In this document: positions 51,101 through 63,100 of the stretch, piece after piece | How positions within the stretch are numbered: the first letter of the stretch is position 1 | How the letters are laid out: each line of letters opens with the position of its first letter | Assembly: GCA_002633005.1 (NCBI GenBank) | Contig: NMRA01000659.1 | Coordinates: 1 to 64,000 of the forward strand | Length of the DNA stretch: 64,000 nucleotides | From: Phoronis australis | Lineage: Eukaryota > Animalia > Phoronida | Reading direction: 5' to 3' | Position numbers and translations under genes: made by a program | The notes under the pieces: model-generated | Seen by the model: the letters and a program-made list of their open reading frames with translations, nothing else | Database searches by the model: none | What the model was told of the DNA's origin: nothing

Positions 51101-54100
51101 ATCTGATGACTGCGTGAAATATATCCCATAATATGTGATGCTATATCATTCAGCATAAGTGTTAACTTGTCAAGTGTCAAAATCCAAGTTTCTAGAAAAG
51201 TAGCGAGCAACTTGAGTCATCTGGCTGCTAGTTTGTTCACACTTTTTCATAAATTTGGATAAATTTAAGTTTGTGTTCCTGTCTAATGCACTCCGGTACG
51301 ACTGTGTACTCAGTGTTTTTTTATGAACCGTTGTGTGGTATGATCGTGTCAAAAATATTTCTCTGAGACCTTCATGAAAAGTGTTTGTAAATTTGGTTGG
51401 ACCTTTAATGTTACTAGTACTGTTAATAAAAGTGCTCATGGTACTCCTGGTGGTACATTGTAGTTACATAATTTTCAAGCTTCACTTGCAAATTGACCTC
51501 TATGTAAATTTAATTTAAAAAGAACTGAATCTTTATATTGCATTACGGCAAACTGCCAGTTTTAAGCTAGGATATTCAGTTGCATTAAAGAGCCATCACA
51601 CAAGTTTTTGAAAACATGTCTCAGGTGGATTTAAAAGTTTATTTTATAGAACTGTTGTTTTAAATTTATTTATACGCACAGTGGGCTTTTTTCAGATTAA
51701 AAGCAAGGAGGACCAGATTGACTCGATTCATGGCCAGAGGTCACAGCTAGACACAGAACTCTCTAGTAAAGAAGACCAACTTCACAAACTAGAAATGGAG
51801 AACATGAATGCCAAAGAACAAAATAGAAAAGTAAAAGATGAGGTGAATTGACTAAATCCTATGCTACTTAGAGTATAGTATAATAATTAGTAATAATTGA
51901 AAATCCAACTGGAATTTCTTAAAATCTTTAATTTTCGCTCTTCCGCTTCTGCTAGGACACTTTCTCAGTCTCAAGAAATGGTTGTCTGTCACAATTGGCT
52001 TATACTGATTACAGTGGAAAACATTTGATCAAACATAAAATCTGGTACAAAAGGTCATGGGAACATTTAAAATATAATGCAATGACCTCAAATATAAGAC
52101 AATGAAACCGTTTCTTCTCACTTTCTCAGCAGTGAGTGACCTAAATCAAAATTTAGTATCCACAAGGGAGTGCTGTTTTGTTGCCGTTTTAAGTATTGTC
52201 AAAGGTAACACAATGTTGGTTGGCTCGAACCATTCCATGAAAATATTGAATAAATAACAAATATAATGCAGCAGCAGGTGACTTGAATCACGTTTTAGGC
52301 GATGCTTTTGTTCATGCTAGAATGCAAATAACCTTGAATACAAACCTGTGGCCTTGTATTTGCCTTAAGGTCAGTACTCTTCAAAATGAGGTTAATAATG
52401 TGATAGGAACACGTCTGCTATCCATTGTGAGTATGCGCACACGTCTGCTATCCATTGTGAGTATGCGCACACGTCTGCTATCCATTGTGAGTATGCGCAC
52501 ACGTCTGCTATCCATTGTGAGTATGATCTCTGTGACAGTCAGTTGCATCAATCACATGAAAATGTGTTTCTGTTATATTGCTTAAGTCTCTCATGTGAAT
52601 GAGCCTAAATATGTTGGGACTTTTGAGCATGTTTTAACATTTAAATGTTCTATGCGTTGCATTTGACCACTTGTAGATTTCACGACGTGACATAACCATT
52701 AAACAACTAGACTCTGACCTATCCTTGGTGCGGAAACAATTAAAAGATGCTGTTGAGGAAAATGGCCGACTTGACTCACGGCTGCAAGCCTATGCAATCA
52801 ATGCCCAGAGTGAGCAGGATGCCTTGACAGGGGAGGTAATTCATTTGATCTTCTACTTATTGATATTAGTACGTAGCTTCTGTTATGTTTGTGTTTGTGT
52901 TTATATGGGACCAGAAATTGTTGACAGTGCACCCGGGCCACACACTGTACTTTCGTGGCCTCTCTAGTTCCCCAAGTGTTTGTCTGGGATACTTTGTTTT
53001 GAAAGGGGATGATAAAATAGAAAGTGTATGTACTTAAAAGTTGTGTGTCTAATGCTCTTAACACGGAATACGCATGATTTACTACTGTAACAGCATTGTG
53101 TTACATTTGTAGGTGAAACGTCGTGAAGAGACCCTTCAACAGCTGAGACTGCAGTCTCTACAACATCAGGAAACTAACAGTCAACTTGAGGAGGAGGTAG
53201 GAGCAGTATACGGTCATGTTCTTCTGTTATGTGCAGTAATATTACATCATCTGTTGGAACAAGTTACCCGTTGTTATAACTGCCAGGCTGAGACAGAGTC
53301 CAGACACGGCGCTCTAATATTCTCTGTATTTTCTGCCAGAATTGAATTAAAAATAGCAGTGATTTTTAGCATTCGCCTTTAAAACAAGCTCAAGAAAATT
53401 AGCTATTAGTGCTTGATTTTGTTATGGATTACGTAAATGAGTGCGCACTCCAAATTTAATCTGGAGCTACAAATTTGCGTAAAAGGAGTAGATTACGAGT
53501 TAGGAGTCTAAGTTATTGGTTTAATGCTGGGGTCATCAAGTGCAAAATAGGAATTTACTCAATCATCCACTTACACCACTGCTCGAGTACTGAGTAATGG
53601 ACACTTATCATGAATTCGTTCTTAAGTAGATCGGAAAATGTTATATTTTTCTTTTTAATGGTACGGTTGTATCGGGAGTGTCAACTTGTTGACTGTATGT
53701 CGTGTGACAGTAGGTTGTATCTGAAAGTTAACTGTATCTTGTGTGACAGTTGGTTGTATGTCATTTCAGATTGCACAAGCAAACAGAACTATAGAGCAGC
53801 TGAAAACACAGAAGACAGATTTGGTGAATGAAGTAAGCCAGACTCAGTAGACGCAGTAATCTCAGTTGAGACTTAGTGATATGTGCGCTTCTATCATAGA
53901 AAAGAATGTTGTTCTAAAAATATTAACTGGTATTGTGCGTACTATAAAATGTGTAAAGAAATCTATTGTTGTTTTTGAAAGGCTGTTACAAACATGCCAG
54001 GTCTGTTTATATGCGACCTGTCTGGCACCAAAGCTTTTTCCACTATGCAAAGTCTTGTTTTTCGTCAACTTCTGATCACAGAATGAATCAGCTGTGTTTT

Positions 54101-57100
54101 GCATCTCTTAGATTTTGAACATTTTACTCATCGTTAAATTTCAGACAGTGTAAGATTTTTTTATGGGAATGTGGATGAAGCTCCTAAGTAAGTAGACAAC
54201 ATGCTGCTCCAGTCAATTCTGAACTCTAAAAACACTAACAGGCACCTTCAATTGTGTTGCCCCGGTGCGGAATCGTCTGGGTTGGAAAACTTGCGGCGAG
54301 TTGACCATGGCTTCATTGTTGCGGCATATCCTCCATTAGTATCTACTGTGTCTAGATGATTCATCAGAATTTGTTTTTTATCGATTAATTTCCACTTGTT
54401 ATTTATACGTGCTTACATCTTCACCTAAGGTTCAGTCACGTGACCAGGTCATTCAGTCGCTGGAGGACAGGTGTGAGGCAACGCGCATTAGGAAGGAAGA
54501 GGCAGATGCCAACGTGGAAAGGCTGGGCACACAGATTGAGGAGTTGAACTCTGAACTCTCCGCCATGCATGCTCACGAACAGAGCCTCAACCATACGGTA
54601 CAAAGAAGCACTTTAGCTAAAGTTTTATCGCTTTAATCTCACAAAAGTTTGCCCCAAAATTACCTTCATTTGTCCACTTCGGCTTCTTACATATTCGTAA
54701 CTAGTTGTCAACAGGGTCCTTGACTGCATCTTGTTCCGATCAATTTGGTGTCTGTGTTTGAAGTTGGAATCATGCCTTTTAAAACATTCTGTTGTATGTT
54801 GTAACTTGTCTTGCTGGACTGAAGTTGGTTTTCTTCTTAAGGTGTTGCCATTAATGAAATGTACGGTGAAATTATTTTTTGTTTTGATATTGTTCATTTC
54901 CAATCTGGAATTAAGTCAAGAAACAATTTTTGAAAATATGTTAAATAAGTGAGTGTGTAAAAATTTTTTTCAGGTGGCCCCATATCGGGTTACTTCACAG
55001 AATATTAAATTGCTAAATTTGATTATTTTATTTCATTGTGTATTTTTGTGTCTTTTTATATTGGATCTTTTTATCATTTTTTACTTGATGGGGCCATGTT
55101 CCATACCTTATTTTTGTAACTATTCTTTCAGCACATTGCATCTGTTAATTAGATATTTTACCAACTTAGTAATATTGTGAAGAGTTGACTGACATTCTAT
55201 CAGCTAGTTCTGCTAATCTTCAAACCTAGTTGTGTTATTGCCTAAAACGTTCTGTAATCTTGTTGTTTCAACAGCTTCAAGGTCGAGAGGATAACCTTGC
55301 TCAAGTGAAGTCAGACCACGAGTCTTTACAGCGACAGACAAGGGAGTTAATTGAGAAGATTAAGCAGCGCGATGAAATGATAAGCAAGTTAGGCGCTGAG
55401 ATTAAAACACTCAGGACAAGATTCCAAGAAAAACTCGATGAGGTAACATTCGATAAAATATCCATTGTTGGAAAAATATTTTTTTTCATTTTCTGTAAAT
55501 TGATATATCATTCAAATGAGCCCTTACAAAATATAAGCACAAGACCCCCATTCAACTTGGGGGCTCACCAGTGTAAGCCTGCAAATTATTTAAGTTTCGC
55601 CTATTCTAGTTAGGTGCTGTCTGTTTCATTTTGGATTACCCTTCTTAACCGAATTATTTATTACTTGTAATTGCATTGCTCAAAATATATTTTGTTCGAA
55701 TATACCCTGTAGTTAAATTTGTGTAAAATAAGTATAAGTTTTACTAAGGCCAAGTGCCTCGTGGATATTCACCAGGGTCTGCTTCGTGAAAAGTGACTTC
55801 AGTTTTAAGACAGGAATTTGGTTTTACGCTCCACATAACTATTTCTGCACAATCTCTAAACTCTAACGAAAGAATGAAGCATCTGAGGATATACCCATCA
55901 TTGCTAGTTTCTGAGATAGTTTGTACAAATTATTTCCAGGGCGTGTTGTGCTAATAATTATATGACCAAATCATTGTTTGGCAATTGTGAAGTGGGTGCG
56001 CAAGATCAAATTTCTGTCACTTTTCATGAAACAGACCCTTCACCTTTGTTGCACCACCCTTTTATTTGCAGTGCCAAAAACAGGGTGACACAGTGACCAA
56101 GCTAAAGGAGCTTCTACATCGGTCACAGGTCGATTTGACTGATATCAGGATGAAGTTGGAGGAAGAGGTAATTTACAGCCGCTGTTTTGAATGCAGTATT
56201 CATCAGGTCCTCTGGGTTCATTGGCAGCCAGGGTCTGTGTATTGTCAGCACATGTCTACACCCTCTGTTTTGATTCAGTGTTAATCAGGTCCTCTGGGTT
56301 CATTGCCAGCCCGGGTTTGTGTATTGTCAGCACATATCTACAGCCGCTGTTTTGATGCAGTATTCATCAGGTCCTCTGGCTTCATTTGGCAGCAGGGGTC
56401 TGTGTATTGTCAGCACATATCTACAGCCGCTGTTTTGATGCAGTATTCATCAGGTCCACTGGGTTCATTGCTAGCCCAGGTCTGTGTATTGTCAGCACAT
56501 TAGACTTTTCCTAATGCCTCTGTAGGGGATGCTGGTTCTTGTCGGCTTCTCTTAAATTGTGTTTGGTAGTCGTTTACTACTGCTGAACCATTGGCAGCAT
56601 TGTGAACTGTGTTACACATAACCATACAGTTACACAGGCCTCACAACTTTTACTTGCGATTATGTAGGCATGGCCCTTGTGCTTAGTATGCGATACTGCA
56701 CCAATGGTAAAAGTTTTCCAGTTTAGGGGGCGCAGTAATTGAATTTTCTTGATTGTATAGATTGTGACGTGGTCAATTTTGGTGTTCACCTTTCTTCTCA
56801 AATTTCGGACGCTGCATTTGATATCGACAGAGTCTGAAAATAGGCTTCAAAGTTGGCAGTTCATGAAGTTGACAAAAATACCTGCCAAAACAACCTTCCA
56901 CGCTTCTCCATAATGTGAAACATCAAAGTGGTTGATCATAATTCATGAATTTGGGATGCGGAATATTGCATATTCATGAAAATTTGGTACAAGCTCTGAC
57001 CTTGAGCAAAATAATTAATTTTTTACTCTGACTCCCAAACTGGAAAATTTTTAGCATATATCCAAAATATAGTGCTTTCCTCTTTGTATGAAGCATCTGA

Positions 57101-60100
57101 CTGAGTAAAACAGAGCAGTGTGTCAAATGTGTGGGTGAAACTTCGCGTATCCATAAGAAATGTTGACCTGTATTCTAGTAATAAACAAAGTACATTTATT
57201 TATGAAATGTGTACTTGGTCAAAGCATTTAATGTTGTCCTTTTGCAGAATAAACAAAAAGATGAAAAGATCCGGGAACTTCAGGAAGATCTTCTGGAATC
57301 TCAGTCACAGTACACATCCTGCTATGATGAGGTACGGCATACTTGACTCACCGGGCTGAATGTTATCAATGGTCTGGATACTGTGTTAGTCACTTTCTTT
57401 GTAAAGTAGGATGAGGGGTGACATTTTTAATCCTTTCTCATTTAATTTCAGTTTCTTTTTTGAAAGGTTTGGCCGAGACACACTAACTCCTAGTTTGTAT
57501 TAACTAGCAGTAGTTTACGTGTTCCATATAATCCCAACTATTAAACTTAATTTGTGGTTTGTTATTTTGGCATTTTATAGCTTTGTGATGTCAAATTGAT
57601 TCGTTGTCAATTTTAAGTTGCAGAATTTTGTTGTTTTTGGCGATTTTGACTGCTGTGTCTTAACATTATGCATGTCTCAAAAATTTAATTTCTAATGAGA
57701 TTGAAACATGGGTGTTCCAAGAGTAAGTTTAGTTATTGTTGTTAGGTTGTGCGGCATGAAGAGACCATTGGTCACCTGAAGGAGGAGAACTCTCGTCTGA
57801 ACACCACACTGCAGCAGACGGCACAGCGGCTGGAGGAAGTGGAAGAACATGGCCACCAGATGGAGCTGGAGCTGTCTATCTCACAGGAGAAGCACCGGAC
57901 ATGTCAGCAAGAGGTGGCCAATAGGGATACGGTTATCTTAAAGCTGAAGACGGAACTGGATACTTTGAATCAGAAGTACAGTGGATCTATTGAAGAGGTG
58001 TGGGTTGTTAGTTAGTTAGCTAGCTAGTTAGTTAGTGAGGATTCTAATTAGGCTTGTTCTTAATTTAATCAAGATGTAAGCACTTGTTAGGTTAAATCTG
58101 AGTTGTACACAAAATCTGGCTTCATCAAAAATGTAGTGATGAATATTTGGATTTTATTTACTGATTCGTTGGATGGTTTAGTTTCTTTTAGTTATTAATT
58201 AGTTGTTGGTTAAGTAGACGATGGTATGCCTGTCAACATAACTCAGTCACACTGAATCAAAAGTGGAGTGAAGAGTATGATGGGAAACTTTAGTTCATTT
58301 CGTAGTGCTAAATGCAACAAACTGAACATTTAGATTGAAGACTGTAGTCGACATTCTGAATCAGAAATACAAATTGTCTATTTCTTCTTTTTTGCTCAGA
58401 TCAACATCAAAGATGACGAGCAGGACAGGCTGAAAGCAAAAATTAAGGAGCTTCAGGCAGAAGTAAAAGCGTATCAGAGTCAGGTGGAGATTGCTGAACA
58501 ACAGGTAACTTGACTTGGACAGTCAACTGTCATGATCATTTGTGTTACTTGGTATACTGTGATGGACCATATGGATATTAAATGATTTCTTCTGGATTTT
58601 TTCATTATTTAGTTTCTGTTGTACAGTACTGTAATTGTTTTTTGTGTGGTATTCACCGTTCCTTCACTTTATGTCAATTTCTGCTGCTTTTACAAGCGAC
58701 AACTGTTGTGTTTTACATCACAGCATTCCATTCGCACAGTGTCTCTTTTTTGCGTCTTATTTTACCATTCTTGTACATTTATAATGCAACATCAAACTTT
58801 TCAAAGGTGTCGTGGATCACAGTCTCTGAGCCAAGAAGACTAATTATTGTTCACATAAGATCATCTTTTAGAGTTGGTGACTAAAGTAATCAGACAAAAT
58901 GCTTTTGCTGCCATACTACTAATTTTGTTAACAACACATTCTTTAATAACTAATATGATGGCAAAATGATTATTCTAAGTGCACAGTCATTGACTCAGCC
59001 AATTTTAATTACTGCCTGTTAATTCTATTTCATTCTCGATCACGAGGGAAAACTGTTATGACAGGGAATTACGGGTCATTTTGTCCAAATGCTTTTGTTG
59101 TGTACTGTATGTAGATATTGTCATTTGGTGTTTCCTCACCTTCTGCTGTTCTTGTGTTCCCAGGCAGCCCAGAGCTCTCAAACGATCAGCCAACTGGAGC
59201 ACAGTAACCAGATCTCTCTGCAAGAGGTGCAGAACCATTTACGCACCATTGATCAACTCAAAGTGGACAGTCAGATGTCACGGTCCGCTAACAAAGAGGA
59301 GACCAGACGCAACCAACAGGTGGCTGACGCGCAGCATCCGATGGGCAGATTACATTAGTCCATACTACTACAATGTTATTACTGTTTGTTACAAATGAGA
59401 TAGTGTTGTTGATGTTGCTGATGAGTTTCTTGTGCAAGACTTGAACCCAAATTGTGCACTTGTGCAAGACTTGAACCCAAATTGTGCACTTAATTGAAAA
59501 TTTACTTTTTGATCTATCTCTGGCTTCCACTGTACAATTTATTTGTGGAATCATGTTTTTCTCAATAATCTCTGAGGTAAACGGTAGTTGGGGTTGTTAT
59601 TAGTCGCAGCATATTAATGAAATGTAAGTTTTTCTCCTCAGATGAAATTCAGGAATTAACAAAATTAATTGTGTTGTCAGGTATTCTGGAACAAGCGTTG
59701 TTGAAATCAGTTTAAAATATTAATAAATATTTTGCACTCTTTGAATATGGCCACTCGCTGAAGGTTAAAGTCTGATAATTATCATGTTAAAACTGTTTCC
59801 TTGTAACATTTACGTTTCGTGTGATCAAATGCTTTAGAGTAATCAATACATGCTCATGACATTCACTGTTTCTCACTAGGACCTGGCTACCATGAAGGAT
59901 GAACTAGAACAGGTGAAAGCAGAGTTGGCTGACTATGAAGATGCTAACGCCACCTATAGGGACAGAGTTTCTGACCTGGAAACTGAACTGGCAAGTTCGA
60001 AGGAGATGTACAGGAATGCTGTGGATGAGGTAAAAATGGGGCGTCAGACATTGCAAAGCTAACTAAAGGTTGTTCTCACCCCTCTGTCAAATTCTACTTG

Positions 60101-63100
60101 TGCCCCTGTTTCCAGATTTGACAACAGATCTAAAGATGAGTACTCCTATACCTATTCAATAACACATTTACAGCTGCCATACGCTGTATATTCATGAATA
60201 TGCAGCAGGGTGCATGGTTTTTATGACCCTACTCAATGTAGTAGTAATCAGATGTAACGTGTTCGCATTTTGAGAACCTGTCCAGTTTTCTCCCCTGAAT
60301 AACGGGCATCAAACTAGTTCTCAGAATGTCAGCAGCTATTGCCCACAATGTTGTTGATGCTACATCTAAAGAAGAAATTTTTATTTGTTCATGTTTTGTA
60401 CCAAGGTGCCAGTTGGTTTTGGTTACATTGGGCAACTCAGACATCAGCTGATTTTTGGAGATATTAACATCATTTTTCATGCTTACTGCAAGAAAATCGC
60501 AGTGTTGTTGACGTTATATCTCAAGAAAGTTGGGGACATTTGGTCTCTAGAAAATGTTTGTTTATTTGAATCTTGTCTACCTGAAACTTTCACGAGATCT
60601 TTCACAAAGAGTGTTCAGTTTGCTAATTTTGCAAAACTGGACAATTAGTCCTGAAATCGTTGTGGGTCAGTTAAAACAGATGATTGTCCAATCTGTGCAG
60701 ATGACACGTCTGGAGGACACCATCAACCAGCAGAACGACACGCTCACACAGAACCAGCAACAGATCGGTGAACTTGAGAAGCACATTGAGCATGACCGCG
60801 AGACAATCGAGAAACTCCAGGCGTCAGCGGCGAGCTTTCGTGAGAAGTGCGACCAGTGTCTAGAACAGATACGCCACCTAGAGGATACCATTGGAGACAT
60901 GCAGGAGAAGCTAGTCGATAACAGCCAGAGGGTGAGTTGTGTCCATTTTCATGGTTTATATAATTATGTCCATGTGGGCATTGTGCATGTGTACAGTCAC
61001 TGTGTAACATGTCATGTAGTGTTTTGTTGTGATTGTCATGTCACCTTGAGATCTTGGGTTTTTCATTGTGTTTGCTGCGCCTGACATTCATGGTTGCCTA
61101 ATGTTTGTCATGCTGTTCACGTGATCTATTGAGCATGCTAGAGCACCCTACAGTGTTATCTGTAGAAACTAACTTTCATGATATACTTCTGAACAATTCT
61201 ACATCCTATTCAAGTATTTTAATGTACTGATTGTTAGTCGTGCAAAATTTTTCTTCCTCTAGATTCTGTTGCAGTTATAACAGATAAAAATATTGCTTAA
61301 TTTTTTTAATTGTAGTTCATGATGTCTATGATCCAAACTTGCCAAATCATAACAGTGGACTTGAACAGCAATTAATCAACTCTCCTCACAGTCATATGTT
61401 GTCTTGCTCTTTCGTAAAGGTTTCATTTCTAAATACAACAGTGGTTACAGACAGTCTGCATTGGAGATTTGCCTTTTGCAAATTAATTAAGCTAATGAAA
61501 CAATCAATAAAGACAGACACCTCTTTTTTTATGAATGGATGCACTCAAGGTAATTTATTTACTTAAATCTTTCAATTTATTGCCAATTGACTTTACTGAA
61601 CTATAGATAGATGGGGAGCTGATGTGGCCTTTGAAATATTCTCATTAGATATCCGAAAAAGATGAGTCTATCGCCAAGTTGAAGAATGACCTGAAGAATT
61701 GCGAGGTCCAGCTGCAGGAGAGGTCAGACAAGGTCATGCACTGTGAGGACGTCATACAGCAGTTGACGGATGAGTTGGGTCAGGCACAGCAGGAGTTGTC
61801 TGGTACGAGCAGCAGGCTGACTCAGCATGAGGAGAAATTGAGGGATTTGAAGCAGGCACTGCAGGAGAAACAGCTGGAGGTATGGTCTCTTGGCGGCACT
61901 ATTTGTATCAATATCTTCATGGAGGGTTTAGCGAATTTATTGGGCTGAAATTTCGTAAGCAGAAATCCAAGATTGTGACTCTCCGTTTTAGCTTTTGGAA
62001 TTAAAAGTCTCGACTGAAAATTTTGATATGTTGAAGTTATGGAGATCGTGAAAATTTTTATTTCTTTTAAAAAAACTTCACCTTGTGGTTAACTATGGTT
62101 CCATTGGTTGAAAATTGTGGACATTTAAATAATTTATTGTTTGGTGTGTGCAATTACCTTGAATTTCTTATAAAATATTGAATAGAGTATTAGACAAAAG
62201 TGTGTTTTATACATTTTCAAAGCTTAACACTTGAAGGTTTAATTGAATGTGTAAAGATTCTCCGTGATGTTGTTTACATGTTGTTGATTTAGTGCATTGT
62301 TGTATCGTTCAGTGCACCAACAACGAGGAGCGAGCACGTGTGACGCATAATGAGCTGCTCACCTACCAGGACTCACACGCACACACAAACGAGGAATTCG
62401 CTGAGAAGGAGGAGGTCATTCGTAATCTGGATGCTGAGAACGAGCGTCTCCGTGACGACCTGCAACGCAAGACACTAGACCATTCTGAGGCAGTGGAGCA
62501 GCTCAATGACCACAAGGTGGAGCTGGCAACACAGAAGGAACAAAAGAACAGTACAGTGAAGGAGGTATGTGACACAGTGGTGTGGGTTAAGGGTAGGACT
62601 GTCGAAAAATGTCTAAATTTGGCTAACTTTGGAACATTTCTCAGAAATGGCTGAAGGATTCGTATGAACCCCTCTGGTACCATGCTTTATGCACTGTTAT
62701 CTAAAACTTTCTTAGGAATTGTTTTAAATTGATCCACTTTTGCATGAGGGGCTATCAAAAATACAACTTCTTTGATTTTCATGAACAGGAATGAATGATA
62801 ACTTAGAAAACTGTAACTCTTACAGCGTTATGAGGTTTTATCTTGAACATTTATATAAAGATGGTCAATTGGTATAGTTGCTTCTCTACTTAATTGTATT
62901 TTCCTTTTTTTGCTAAATTTTACTACGAAGACACAATATAAGTCATGAGACCCAATCAACAATGGATGTGAAAAAACAAATTCTAAAGGCTTTCAGTTTT
63001 CAGAAAATATCCACTTTTCTTCAGTGTTGATTCAGAGCTTTGTCAATATTTGGCTGAATACACTTATTCCATTCAGGTGAATCGTCTGGAGCAGAGTTTG

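Noticed and set aside
60667-62683. Antisense ORFs over gene B exons (also 34049-34399, 34757-35038, and plus-strand 7789-8246 over gene A)
   Set aside because: Expected shadow ORFs from biased codon use in E/Q/K/L-rich or acidic exons.
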